DNA of 64,000 nucleotides from Patescibacteria group bacterium (GTDB lineage Bacteria > Patescibacteriota > Microgenomatia > UBA1400 > PJMF01). The stretch covers positions 520,539 through 584,538 of the forward strand of contig BOKX01000001.1 of the NCBI GenBank assembly GCA_016861205.1, in the 5' to 3' direction. Positions 37,131 through 46,973 of the stretch are shown piece by piece (position 1 is the stretch's first letter; every line of letters begins with the position of its first letter). The notes below the pieces were generated by a model. That model worked only from the letters and a program-made list of their open reading frames with translations. It did not search any database and was not told the origin of the DNA. Made by a program: the position numbers and the translations under genes.

Positions 37131-38416
37131 AGCTCTTCACTCAGTTGATCACCTGGACCGGCCTCGGATTGGCCTACCTGGCGATTGTTACTCCAGTTCA
37201 GGCGCAAGTGGTTATCAATGAAGTTGCCCCCTATCTCACTACCTCGTCAGAATGGATCGAGTTGTACAACGCTGGCTCGACTCCAGTGGACATTGGGAGT
37301 TGGCTGCTGCGCGACCAGTTGGCCACCCCCAGCGACCTCAAAGAGTTTGAACTCGAAACCATCCTCGAACCACATGGTTACTTCATCATCGAAACCATCA
37401 ACAAACTCAACAACACTGCTGATGGCGTCACGCTACTTACCGACACTGGTGAGGTTGTTGACCAAATGTCATTCACCTCATCAACTCAAAATCTAAGCTG
37501 GGCCAGAGTGCCAGATGCCGACAGCAACTGGGTGTTGAGCACACCTACGAAGGGCCAGCCCAATCCCAACAGCTTGCCTACCCCGACACCTTCTCCCACA
37601 CCTTCGGTTGCACCAACTCCATCTCCCTCTGCAACCCCGCAATCTAGTCCAACACCCATCCCCAGCTCTTCGCCGACCCCAGCACCTACCCCAGTCACCA
37701 TACCCGAACCGAGTCAGTGGCAACCATCCGAGATCATGGCGTGCCCAAGTAGTGGCGAAGCCGAATGGTTGGAACTCTATAATCCCGATCCTGTTAGCTA
37801 TAGTTTTACCAATTGGTTAGTTCGCGACTCACAAGGCAGTCTGAGGTCAGTCTCGTTCGAGCTACCGGCCTTTGGGTTTGGAGTAGCCTCTTGGGCAAGT
37901 GGTTTGCTCAACAACACCGGTGACTCACTGAGCCTCCTTAGACCTGATCAATCACTGGTTTTTACTGTTGACCTGTCAGCCTGTCAAAGTGGTCACAGCT
38001 GGGTGTTAGGCAGCAGTGGTTGGGAACTTAGTTCAACACCAACCCTTGGCACCCGTAACCAAAATGAACCATCTCCTACACCTTCACCTAGTGCCACTCC
38101 TGACAGTACCGCATCACTACCGTATGACAACTTTGCTTCTTCACTGCCACTATCAGCCAGTTTGAAATCCAGGCCAACTCCGATGACCAAATCGGCAGCC
38201 ACCACTGCAACCAAAAAACCAGCAGCCACTACTAAGTCACCAGCCAACGCAGCTTCACCTCAGCCTGAACCACCAGAAAGCCTCGAGATTACTGGTCCTA
38301 CCATCAAAACTTGGCCATTCATAAGTGTTATAATGGGTGGCGCCTTGATACTGGGCGCGGGTATCTATGATCTTGAAATCGCGCCGTTGGTCCAGTGGTT
38401 GGCTCGCATGGGTTAA
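37127..38416 (+). CDS. Secreted/anchored protein with two lamin-tail domains and Pro/Thr/Ser linkers
   Basis: VVINEV..EWIELYN..LNNTAD and SEIM..EWLELYN..LNNTGD; PTPSP linkers; C-terminal TM. Confidence 0.85.
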   Translation: MKLFTQLITWTGLGLAYLAIVTPVQAQVVINEVAPYLTTSSEWIELYNAGSTPVDIGSWLLRDQLATPSDLKEFELETILEPHGYFIIETINKLNNTADGVTLLTDTGEVVDQMSFTSSTQNLSWARVPDADSNWVLSTPTKGQPNPNSLPTPTPSPTPSVAPTPSPSATPQSSPTPIPSSSPTPAPTPVTIPEPSQWQPSEIMACPSSGEAEWLELYNPDPVSYSFTNWLVRDSQGSLRSVSFELPAFGFGVASWASGLLNNTGDSLSLLRPDQSLVFTVDLSACQSGHSWVLGSSGWELSSTPTLGTRNQNEPSPTPSPSATPDSTASLPYDNFASSLPLSASLKSRPTPMTKSAATTATKKPAATTKSPANAASPQPEPPESLEITGPTIKTWPFISVIMGGALILGAGIYDLEIAPLVQWLARMG

Positions 38417-38768
38417 TGGTTACTTACCAGTTATCCTCTGGGCTTTAGTTATCTTCAGCTTTTCAGCCCAACCGGTGCTACCCAGTATTGAAGTCAGTAC
38501 CCTCGACTTTGTGTTTAAGAAGTTCGCCCACATGGGGGTCTACGCAGTACTGTACATCCTGTTGGTTCGAGCCCAGTACTTAACGTTTCCAGCTACCAAA
38601 CCATCGCAAGTGTATCGATTGCCACTACTGATTTGTTTTATTTACGCCTTGACTGACGAACTACATCAATCTATAACAGGAGGTAGTCGAAGTCCAAGCG
38701 CACGGGACGTGGTGTACGACATGTTGGGAGCCGGAATTATCCTGCTTCGCCAATACAAATACATATAA
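38367..38768 (+). CDS. VanZ family membrane protein
   Basis: IF.FS, KKFAHMGVYAVL, YALTDELHQ, R..S.RDV..D. Confidence 0.88.
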   Translation: MILKSRRWSSGWLAWVNGYLPVILWALVIFSFSAQPVLPSIEVSTLDFVFKKFAHMGVYAVLYILLVRAQYLTFPATKPSQVYRLPLLICFIYALTDELHQSITGGSRSPSARDVVYDMLGAGIILLRQYKYI

Positions 38769-38833
38769 TCGGTCCTTGACTCCATATCATTTTCGCTTAG
38801 ACTTCATTACTACATACGCCGTAGAAAGGTACC

Positions 38834-39109
38834 ATGACTAAATCTCAACTGATTGCCATTGTTGCTAAGAAAGCTCACCTCACCAAACGCGCTTCCGAAG
38901 AAGCCATAGAGGCCTTGTTTGAAGAGGTAATCCGCTCACTACGTAAAGGTGAAAAAGTGGTAATCTCTGGTTTTGGCACTTTCTACTTGGGCAAAGTTAA
39001 AGACAAACAAGTGGTGCCTTTTGGTCAAGAAAACAAACGCCAAACTATCAAAGGTCATCGCGTGGTCAACTTCCGCGTTGGCAAACCTCTCAAGAAAACT
39101 GTTTGGTAA
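38834..39109 (+). CDS. HU family DNA-binding protein
   Basis: MTKSQLI, L.KGEKV.ISGFGTF, V.F..GK.LK. Confidence 0.88.
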   Translation: MTKSQLIAIVAKKAHLTKRASEEAIEALFEEVIRSLRKGEKVVISGFGTFYLGKVKDKQVVPFGQENKRQTIKGHRVVNFRVGKPLKKTVW

Positions 39110-39183
39110 GCTAGGTTTTCGCACAAGTCTCACTTTGAACACCTCTTCCTGTTGAAGCTACCAGGCAGTGATACAATCGTGGG

Positions 39184-39984
39184 ATGGGTAGAAAAGCCTT
39201 ACACGTTCTCAAAAAAGCTTTTATCGCCGCCATCACCTATCGCAGTGAAATTTGGCTGTGGTTTGTGCTGGATCAAATTCCCATCATCGTCACCATGCTG
39301 GTCTGGATTAGCCTGATGCAGTCTCACGACACCATTGCTGGCTATGACTTGCCGAGCATGCTGCTGTACTACTTTCTCAGCTCATTCCTAACAGGCTTGA
39401 CAGGCACCCACTTTGAAACTTGGCGGGTGGAAGAAATTCGGATGGGTCGTATCGATTTTTACCTTACCCGACCAATGTCATACATTTGGCAGGTGTTTTG
39501 GCATGATATCGGTGGCAAAACATTCTATCTTTTAACAAGTTTGCCTGGTTATGCAGTGCTGTTTTGGATTATCAATCAAAATTTTCCGCTAGCCCAACTC
39601 CAGTTCACTTGGCTGTCATCGCTGCAGTTTTTGTGGCTCTTACTATTTGCCTATGGGGTCGATTTTTCCCTCGCCATGTTGACTGTTTTGATGGGCTTTT
39701 GGTTTGAAGGTGCAGAAGGTTTACAACATTTTAAGTGGATCACGTTATCATTATTGACTGGCTCAATGATGCCCGTGGCAGTTATGCCAACGTGGTTGCA
39801 AACCGTCATCGCTTACTTGCCATTCCGATACATGATCAGCGTACCGATTGGGATTATCCAAGGTACTGCCCAGTTGCAACTGAGTGATTTGAGCTGGATG
39901 GTAGGTTACATAGCGGTCTTTTCACTCAGCATTATCTGGCTCTGGCGACAAGCTCGCTATGCTTACGCGTCAGCAGGTGGTTAA
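39184..39984 (+). CDS. ABC-2 family permease (DUF990 type A)
   Basis: YR, IAGY, I..G..D..L.RP, G.M.P, LPF. Confidence 0.82.
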   Translation: MGRKALHVLKKAFIAAITYRSEIWLWFVLDQIPIIVTMLVWISLMQSHDTIAGYDLPSMLLYYFLSSFLTGLTGTHFETWRVEEIRMGRIDFYLTRPMSYIWQVFWHDIGGKTFYLLTSLPGYAVLFWIINQNFPLAQLQFTWLSSLQFLWLLLFAYGVDFSLAMLTVLMGFWFEGAEGLQHFKWITLSLLTGSMMPVAVMPTWLQTVIAYLPFRYMISVPIGIIQGTAQLQLSDLSWMVGYIAVFSLSIIWLWRQARYAYASAGG

Positions 39985-39987
39985 GAT

Positions 39988-40791
39988 ATGACCCGCAAGG
40001 ATGTCCAAAAATACTGGCGACTGTTTTGGAAGTTTCGACAACTCCACTTGATGAGAACGTTGGAGTATCGAAGCAATTTCCTGTTCTGGACAGTGGTCAC
40101 GTCATTCTGGACCATCGTTAACATTTTCTTTTTTGGCATTTTGAGTGGGATCGGTAATGGTATCGGTGGCTGGACCCAATCTGAGATGCTTTTCCTGTTG
40201 GGTGTGTTCACCTTTTTAGACGGGATTATCTGGTCATTTTTCTACCACACCATGTCTTTTTACACCAAATCAGTTTTTAATGGCGAGCTGAGTCGATTTT
40301 TGCTGATGCCAGTTGATGCCCAATACATTTTGATGGTTCATACCAATAGTTACAGTAATATTTTCCGGCTCCTAACCGGGCTAGTAATGATGGGCTACGC
40401 CATCTACTTAATGAATATCCCCATCACAATTTGGTTGTTGGCAGGTGTGGTTTTTTGGCTGACCGTGGGCTCAGTCTTTATTTACACACTGTGGTTTTTA
40501 CTCAGCACGTTCGCATTTTGGGTTGAGAAGCTGGATAACATCAATGAATTAGTGCCGAGCCTGCGCAGTTTTTGGCAGATTCCCAAAAGTGTGTTGCACG
40601 GTTGGCTGTCGGTTATGTTTGGCTGGATTTTGCCTATCGCCTTAATAAGCACAGTTCCCAGTGAGTATGTGTTAGGTCGATTAGCATGGCAAACTGCAAC
40701 AGTTTTCTTATTGGCAACGATAGTCACTGCCACTGCCTCCCGCTGGTTTTTTCTCCACTCTGTTAAAAAATTTACTGGTGCTGGAAGCTAA
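39988..40791 (+). CDS. ABC-2 family permease (DUF990 type B)
   Basis: EYRSNF, IGGWT, GEL..FLL.PVD, FW, final GAGS. Confidence 0.82.
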   Translation: MTRKDVQKYWRLFWKFRQLHLMRTLEYRSNFLFWTVVTSFWTIVNIFFFGILSGIGNGIGGWTQSEMLFLLGVFTFLDGIIWSFFYHTMSFYTKSVFNGELSRFLLMPVDAQYILMVHTNSYSNIFRLLTGLVMMGYAIYLMNIPITIWLLAGVVFWLTVGSVFIYTLWFLLSTFAFWVEKLDNINELVPSLRSFWQIPKSVLHGWLSVMFGWILPIALISTVPSEYVLGRLAWQTATVFLLATIVTATASRWFFLHSVKKFTGAGS

Positions 40792-40810
40792 AAGAAAGGT
40801 AAAATAGGCT

Positions 40811-41806
40811 ATGTCTGACGCCGTCATTCAAGTTGATCATCTCAGCAAATACTTCAAGGTTTACCACAAAGAGGCGGGACTGTGGGGCTCGGTCAAATCG
40901 CTCGTCCATCGCGAGTACCACGAAGTGAAAGCTGTCGATGACGTCAGTTTTGAAATCAAACAGGGTGAAATTGTTGGTTTTATCGGCCAAAATGGGGCTG
41001 GCAAAACCACTACCCTGAAAGTCCTCTCGGGATTACTATATCCAACCAACGGCCAAGTCCGGGTTCTCGGCTACAATCCGTGGGATCGGCAACCCGCCTT
41101 TCAAAAACAGTTTGCACTAGTCATGGGTCAAAAAAATCAGTTGTGGTGGGACTTACCAGCTATTGAAACTTTCTTACTAAATCAGGCTATTTATGAAATC
41201 CCAGAAGCTCAGTTCAAAAAGACGCTGAACAAACTGGTTGAGCTGCTTGATGTCAGTGACATCCTTAATGTCCAAGTTCGCAAGTTGTCACTAGGTCAAC
41301 GCATGAAGTGTGAATTAATCGCAGCATTACTGCACAATCCCAAAGTGTTGTTTCTTGATGAACCTACTATTGGCCTGGATGTGGTGATGCAAAAAGTGCT
41401 GCGCGACTTTATTCGTACCTACAATGCAGAGTTTAACTCCACCATCATTTTGACCAGCCATTATATGGGTGATGTTAAAGAGCTTTGTGAACGGGCCATT
41501 ATCATCGACAAAGGTCATAAAATTTTCGATGGCAAACTCCAAAGCATTATCGATCGCTACGCACGCAACAAAATTTTGTCACTCATCATGTCCGAAAATG
41601 TCAGCCTCAAACAGCTTGAAAAATACGGGGAAGTCAAAGAGTTTGAGTTGCCAAAAGTCACGTTATTGGTGCCACGTGCCCAAGCCACCAAAGTTGCTGG
41701 CCAAATTTTAACCCACCTGCCGGTGCTCGATGTGAACATCGAAGAACCACCCATCGAAGCCATCATTCGTGAAGTGTTTGAAACTAAAGCAGACTTACAA
41801 GTCTGA
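40811..41806 (+). CDS. ABC transporter ATP-binding protein
   Basis: GQNGAGKTT, LSLGQRM, LFLDEPTIGLD, TSH. Confidence 0.95.
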   Translation: MSDAVIQVDHLSKYFKVYHKEAGLWGSVKSLVHREYHEVKAVDDVSFEIKQGEIVGFIGQNGAGKTTTLKVLSGLLYPTNGQVRVLGYNPWDRQPAFQKQFALVMGQKNQLWWDLPAIETFLLNQAIYEIPEAQFKKTLNKLVELLDVSDILNVQVRKLSLGQRMKCELIAALLHNPKVLFLDEPTIGLDVVMQKVLRDFIRTYNAEFNSTIILTSHYMGDVKELCERAIIIDKGHKIFDGKLQSIIDRYARNKILSLIMSENVSLKQLEKYGEVKEFELPKVTLLVPRAQATKVAGQILTHLPVLDVNIEEPPIEAIIREVFETKADLQV

Positions 41807-41814
41807 CCTTGTTC

Positions 41815-42627
41815 ATGAACTTAATGCCACAATCGCTGTCTAAGTATTACCGATTGTTTGTGCTCTCCTGGCAAAATGGCTTGGTTTATCGTACCAGCTT
41901 ACTGATTTGGCGTTTGCGGCAGTTGCTCTCAACATTGATGGCCCTCACCATTTGGAGCGTTATTTTTACTGATCAAAGCTCTGCGTTCAGTTACACCCGG
42001 TCTGAAATGATCAGCTATGTGTTCTTGGTTTCTATTTTGCAGAGCCTTATTCTAGCCAGTAGCCTGCACAGTTTGGCCGGTGATATCTACAATGGCAACA
42101 TTAGTCAGCAACTCTTGAAACCCCAGAACTTGTTTATGCACTTTTCGGCTCTGGAGGTAGCGGACAAACTTCGGAATGTTTTTTTTAGTTTGATAGAGGG
42201 TGCTGCACTATATGCCTTGTTTATGCCCACTATCATTTGGCCTTCATTACAAACCTGGTTTGTTTTCATTATCTGGGCTATTTTAGGCACCGTAATTCAT
42301 TTTTTTATCACCATCATTTTTGGCTCAATTGGGTTTTGGAGTCCAGAAACTTGGGGTCCTAAGTTCTTATTTTTCATGATCCTTGATTTCACCGCTGGCA
42401 AACTTTACCCACTCGATATTTTACCGCGTGCCGTTCAGCAGGTCCTATTGATCACACCCTTTCCCTATTTATCATACGTACAAATCCAGCTGTTCTTAGG
42501 TCGATTGACATCAACCCAGATGGCGTGGGGTTGGATTAGTTTGTTGATCTGGACGGTCATTACCTGGCTAGTCGCCCAGTGGGTCTGGACCAAAGGTACC
42601 AAAGGTTATGAAGCTAACGGACTTTAG
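41815..42627 (+). CDS. ABC-2 family permease (DUF990 type A)
   Basis: VYR, I.NG.I...LLKP, AG..YPLD.LP, TPF; exact start uncertain. Confidence 0.82.
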   Translation: MNLMPQSLSKYYRLFVLSWQNGLVYRTSLLIWRLRQLLSTLMALTIWSVIFTDQSSAFSYTRSEMISYVFLVSILQSLILASSLHSLAGDIYNGNISQQLLKPQNLFMHFSALEVADKLRNVFFSLIEGAALYALFMPTIIWPSLQTWFVFIIWAILGTVIHFFITIIFGSIGFWSPETWGPKFLFFMILDFTAGKLYPLDILPRAVQQVLLITPFPYLSYVQIQLFLGRLTSTQMAWGWISLLIWTVITWLVAQWVWTKGTKGYEANGL

Positions 42628-42633
42628 TTAACT

Positions 42634-43431
42634 ATGCGATCGCGCTTGAACACCTACTTTAAAGTTTGGTGGCTAACAGCCGCTAATGCAGCTCAGTCAG
42701 CTTTCATCAATCGCTGGAGTAACGCCTTATTCATGCTAGGTAAAATTTTGCGTCTCATCATGATGTTGGTGTTTTTATTTCTATTGAAAGATCGTCAGCT
42801 TTCGATAGCTGGCTATAGTAGTGATCAAGTCGTGTTGTTTTTTCTCACTTACCAGATTATTGATGTCACCGCCCAAATTTTCTATCGCGGCGTGTATGTC
42901 TTCAGTCAAAAAATCCGAACAGGTGAGTTTGATTTTTACTTGCTGCGCCCTATTAGCGCGCTATTTCGGGCTTTAACTGGCCAACCAGACCTCAATGATG
43001 CTCTCTTTCTGGTGTTGTTCTTGCCTGTCATGGTGGCCGTGGTCTGGCAACTTGATGTACATATCACGTTGCCATCACTATTGGGATATCTTGTGCTACT
43101 GCTCAACAGTTTTATGATTGTAACGGCCCTGCATATTGCAGTCTTAACAATTGGAGTTTTGACCACTGAAGTGGATAACATTATCTGGATGTACCGGGAC
43201 TTGATTCGCCTCGGTCAGTTCCCTGTCACGATGTACTGGGCACCGATTCGGTTTGTCTTATTTTTCGTTGTGCCAATTGGATTGATGATTACGATCCCCG
43301 CCCAAGTCCTCCTTAACGTACCACCAAGCGTGAATCTTGGTTTAGCAACCTTACTGGGGATTGGATCAGTGATTATCAGTTTGCAGGCTTGGCACTGGGC
43401 TTTGAAACAGTACAGCAGCGCCAGCAGTTGA
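42634..43431 (+). CDS. ABC-2 family permease (DUF990 type B)
   Basis: IAGY, IRTGEFDFYLLRP, FP, final YSSASS. Confidence 0.82.
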   Translation: MRSRLNTYFKVWWLTAANAAQSAFINRWSNALFMLGKILRLIMMLVFLFLLKDRQLSIAGYSSDQVVLFFLTYQIIDVTAQIFYRGVYVFSQKIRTGEFDFYLLRPISALFRALTGQPDLNDALFLVLFLPVMVAVVWQLDVHITLPSLLGYLVLLLNSFMIVTALHIAVLTIGVLTTEVDNIIWMYRDLIRLGQFPVTMYWAPIRFVLFFVVPIGLMITIPAQVLLNVPPSVNLGLATLLGIGSVIISLQAWHWALKQYSSASS

Positions 43432-43467
43432 GACCAACTACGTTGAACCAAAATATGAACCAACGGA

Positions 43468-43974
43468 TTACCGTTTGGGAGATTGACGCTTGCGGCGAGC
43501 TTTACCACCGGTACCGATCTTGCGAGTTTCTTTCATGCGATCATCGCGAGTCAGCAAACCAGCTTGCTTGAGTGACAAACGGTACTCAGGGTTGAACTTG
43601 ACCAAAGCGCGAGCGATACCGTGAATAACGGCTTCCATCTGAGCTTTAGCACCTGAACCACTGACTTTAGCAGTCACAGCAAATTGATTCTTGGTGTCAG
43701 TAATTTCGAAAGGTCGGTTGTAGAGCACTGGTGAGTGCAAAATGGTGTTGAAGTATTGGCCGATAGCTAAACCATTCACCACGAAGTCACCAGCGGTGTG
43801 ATACAAACGAACTCGAGCGGTTGCAGTCTTGCGACGACCAACAGCTTCGGTGTAGTCACCTTTTGGCGCCACCATTGGTTGAGCACCGGCTGCGTGTGAC
43901 ACAGCACTAACTGGCTTCACCTTCTTGATGACTTTTTGGACTTTGGTGTTTTTCTTAGCTAGTTTACGAGCCAT
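43468..43974 (-). CDS. rpsI: 30S ribosomal protein S9
   Basis: GRRKTATARV, LLTRD.R.KE.RK, KAR...QSPKR. Confidence 0.97.
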   Translation of the reverse strand: MARKLAKKNTKVQKVIKKVKPVSAVSHAAGAQPMVAPKGDYTEAVGRRKTATARVRLYHTAGDFVVNGLAIGQYFNTILHSPVLYNRPFEITDTKNQFAVTAKVSGSGAKAQMEAVIHGIARALVKFNPEYRLSLKQAGLLTRDDRMKETRKIGTGGKARRKRQSPKR

Positions 43975-43984
43975 ATATCAGACC

Positions 43985-44404
43985 TTAAGCTACAGTGATT
44001 TGACCTTGGTGGGGGTGTTCGGCCCCAGTATATACTTTTAAGCGTTTCATTCTGTCAGTCCGCAGTTTGTTCTTTGGCAACATATTATACACAGCTGCCT
44101 CGATGATGCGTTCTGGGTACTTAGCCAGCAATTCGGCAAAGTTCTGGACTCGTAAGCCACCAGGGAAACCTGAGTAACTGTAGTACATTTTGTCTTGAAC
44201 TTTGTTACCACTGACTTCAACTTGAGCCGCATTGATGACGACCACATAGTCACCACCATCGACGTGAGGGGTGAAAGTTGGCTTGTGTTTGCCAATAATT
44301 TTACTGGCAATCTCAGTGGCCACTTGACCCAAAACACGACCCTTGGCATCGATAATGTGCCATGAACGTGTAACTTCTGCTGGTTTTTGACTATAGGTTT
44401 TCAT
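43985..44404 (-). CDS. rplM: 50S ribosomal protein L13
   Basis: W.IIDA.G..LG, GKHKP.FTPHVD.GD, MLPKN. Confidence 0.98.
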   Translation of the reverse strand: MKTYSQKPAEVTRSWHIIDAKGRVLGQVATEIASKIIGKHKPTFTPHVDGGDYVVVINAAQVEVSGNKVQDKMYYSYSGFPGGLRVQNFAELLAKYPERIIEAAVYNMLPKNKLRTDRMKRLKVYTGAEHPHQGQITVA

Positions 44405-44406
44405 AC

Positions 44407-44916
44407 TTATTTGGTTTTCTCAACTTTTTTAGCTGCTGGTTTAGCTTTGGCCACTTTTTTAGGAGCCTCAGCTTTGGCAGCTGGTTTAGCTGCGACGGTT
44501 TTTTTGACAGTAGTTTTAACCGCATGCTCTTTACCACTCTTGAGTGTACCGACGGTAGCTGGTTTGTTGACCAATGACACAGTCGCCAACTCAGCGTTGT
44601 CACCACGGCGCAAGCCAGCGGTAGCGATGCGAGTGAAACCTGAACTACGATCGTTCATAGCTGGGGCAACTCGCTCAACCAGCGTGTTCACCACGTCTCG
44701 GCGGCCGAAGAATCGGTGCAGAGTGCGACGGGTGGTCACGGTATCAGTTTGAGCCTTATGGATCAACTTATCAGCTAAACGCTTCAACTCTTTGGCCTTG
44801 GTCACTGTAGTAGTGACTTGACCTTCGACAACTAAGCCACGCACCAAGTTCTTAAGCAAGGCCTTGCGGTGGTTGCTGTCACGGTTGAAGTGCTTGTGAG
44901 CAATTCTGTGTCTCAT
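44407..44916 (-). CDS. rplQ: 50S ribosomal protein L17
   Basis: [29 protein letters not shown]. Confidence 0.97.
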   Translation of the reverse strand: MRHRIAHKHFNRDSNHRKALLKNLVRGLVVEGQVTTTVTKAKELKRLADKLIHKAQTDTVTTRRTLHRFFGRRDVVNTLVERVAPAMNDRSSGFTRIATAGLRRGDNAELATVSLVNKPATVGTLKSGKEHAVKTTVKKTVAAKPAAKAEAPKKVAKAKPAAKKVEKTK

Positions 44917-45860
44917 TACTCTCCTAGGCTAACGCCCTTCTTTTGCAAAGCTTCATTGATAACATCTACACTCTTCTCACCCAAGTTTTTGACTTTAGCG
45001 ACGGTGTTCTTAGGAGCACCAACTAAGTCTCCAACGGTCTTGAAACCACCTTTGCGCAAAGCGTTGGCGATGCGGGTTGGTAGGTCAAGCTCTTCGACAG
45101 TCAGTCGTAAAACTTCAGCTTCTTCAGGACTAATGTTTAAGTCCTCAACAGCTTGGCTCTCAACGACTGGCTCGAACACTTGAGTAAATTGGCGAGCTAA
45201 AATCTGAGCAGATTGTTTTACAGCTTCAACTGGTGACACACTACCGTCAGTTTCCAGCACCATGACCAATCGGTCATAGTCAGTTTTTCGACCAACACGA
45301 GTTGCCTCGACTTGGTAAGAAACTTTCACCACCGGTGAGAACAGTGAATCGACTGGGATTTCACCAATCACACTGGTCTTGCGGTCAGTAGCCATCACAT
45401 AGCCAACACCTGACTCAACAGTCATTTCGACAGTTAAGGTTTTACCCTTAGCAACTTCAGCGATGTGGAGATCTGGGTTAACAACTTCAAAACCAGCCTC
45501 AGCCTCGATGTCGGCTGCAGTCACAGTTTTTGGACCTTTGACATCAAGTCGCAAAGTACCTGGTTGGTCAGACACGGTTTTGACTCGAACTTGCTTCAAG
45601 TTCAAGATCAATTCCACAATGTCTTCACTCAAACCATCCATAGTGGTGTATTGATGATCGACACCTTGAATACGAACGGCGGTAACAGCTGCACCTGGTA
45701 AAGAGGTGAGCAGTACTCGGCGTAAAGCATTACCCAAAGTGTGGCCATAGCCCTGCTCCAAAGGCTCGATGATTAAGGTCGCGCCAGTGGCAGTCACCTC
45801 GGTCTCCTTGATTTGGAAGCGAGGGTTAAAAGTGGGATAAGCACTTAAGTTGTGACTCAT
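44916..45860 (-). CDS. rpoA: RNA polymerase alpha subunit
   Basis: EPLEQGYGHTLGNALRRVLL, FSPV, alpha-CTD (NLGEKS); start moved to MSHN after AAGGAG. Confidence 0.97.
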   Translation of the reverse strand: MSHNLSAYPTFNPRFQIKETEVTATGATLIIEPLEQGYGHTLGNALRRVLLTSLPGAAVTAVRIQGVDHQYTTMDGLSEDIVELILNLKQVRVKTVSDQPGTLRLDVKGPKTVTAADIEAEAGFEVVNPDLHIAEVAKGKTLTVEMTVESGVGYVMATDRKTSVIGEIPVDSLFSPVVKVSYQVEATRVGRKTDYDRLVMVLETDGSVSPVEAVKQSAQILARQFTQVFEPVVESQAVEDLNISPEEAEVLRLTVEELDLPTRIANALRKGGFKTVGDLVGAPKNTVAKVKNLGEKSVDVINEALQKKGVSLGE

Positions 45861-45945
45861 ATAATTTTCTCCTTGTTTCTCCTCTCTCGCTGGTGGCGAG
45901 AAATCTGTAACCGGATTGGTATTATTACTACTAATTACTCCTTGA

Positions 45946-46554
45946 TTATCGTGAGTAGTACTCAACGATCAGCTGCTCATCAATGACTTCACTGATATCA
46001 GCTCGTTCTGGCAGTCGTTTGACTGTCCCAATGGTTGATTTTCGTTCTAACCAAGCTGGGATAGCTCGACTGTCATCTTTTAATAACTCGGCCACTACAG
46101 GAATGTGAGCGGCTTTACTCTTCAAAACTACCACATCATCGACGTCAACTTGGTACGATGGAATGGTCATTTTGCGGTCATTAACAGCTACGTGACCATG
46201 GTTTACCATTTGGCGCGCTGCGGCTCGAGTTGGAGCCCAGCCCAAACGGTAGATCACATTGTCCAAGCGTCGCTCTAACAAACTCAGCAGAGCTGCGCCG
46301 GTAGCGGTTGGGTTTTTACTAGCGGTGACGTACAAACGGTGCAGTTGTTTTTCCAACACACCATAGATGTACTTCACTTTTTGCTTCTCTTTCAGTTGCA
46401 CACCAAAGTCAGATACTTTGCGGCGACCACGAGCTCCGTGCTGGCCTGGTCGGATGGTCAATCGCTTGGCCACCTTAACCGCGTTGGTTTTCAGACCGAG
46501 GTCTTCACCAACTTGGCGAGCTAACTTGTTTTTTGGTCCAGAATGACGTGCCAT
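45946..46554 (-). CDS. rpsD: 30S ribosomal protein S4
   Basis: PGQHG, QLKEKQK, LERRLDNV, IVEYYSR. Confidence 0.98.
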   Translation of the reverse strand: MARHSGPKNKLARQVGEDLGLKTNAVKVAKRLTIRPGQHGARGRRKVSDFGVQLKEKQKVKYIYGVLEKQLHRLYVTASKNPTATGAALLSLLERRLDNVIYRLGWAPTRAAARQMVNHGHVAVNDRKMTIPSYQVDVDDVVVLKSKAAHIPVVAELLKDDSRAIPAWLERKSTIGTVKRLPERADISEVIDEQLIVEYYSR

Positions 46555-46568
46555 ATCTTAAATCTCAC

Positions 46569-46964
46569 TTATTTGTTATGCTTCGCTTTCCGAGGCTTAG
46601 TACCATTGTGTGGTAAAGGTGTCATGTCAGCAATCATGCCAACTTTGATACCTTGAGCGCGGATGACCCGCAGCGCCACATCTCGACCAGGGCCAGGGCC
46701 CTTGATGAAAATATCCATCACATTCATTCCGAAAGCTCGGGCTTTGTGAACGGCGTTTTCAATCGTAATGGTGGCAGCGTAAGGAGTTGACTTGCGAGAA
46801 CCAGTGAAACCTGATTCACCGGTAGTTGACCAACACAACACGTTACCCTTTTCGTCAGTGATACTGGCTAAGGTACTGTTGAAGGTGGCGGTCACGTATA
46901 ACCGACCTTTTGGTACGGCTTTGGTGATGACTTTCTTGGCGTTACTGACTGGCTTCCTCGGCAT
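46569..46964 (-). CDS. rpsK: 30S ribosomal protein S11
   Basis: GF.GSRKSTPYAA, GPGPGR, TP.PHNG. Confidence 0.97.
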   Translation of the reverse strand: MPRKPVSNAKKVITKAVPKGRLYVTATFNSTLASITDEKGNVLCWSTTGESGFTGSRKSTPYAATITIENAVHKARAFGMNVMDIFIKGPGPGRDVALRVIRAQGIKVGMIADMTPLPHNGTKPRKAKHNK

Positions 46965-46973
46965 GATACGTCC

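Noticed and set aside
37570-37705. Tandem-repeat or CRISPR-like array
   Set aside because: Degenerate codons for a PTPSP linker; no constant repeat-spacer structure and no cas genes in the window.
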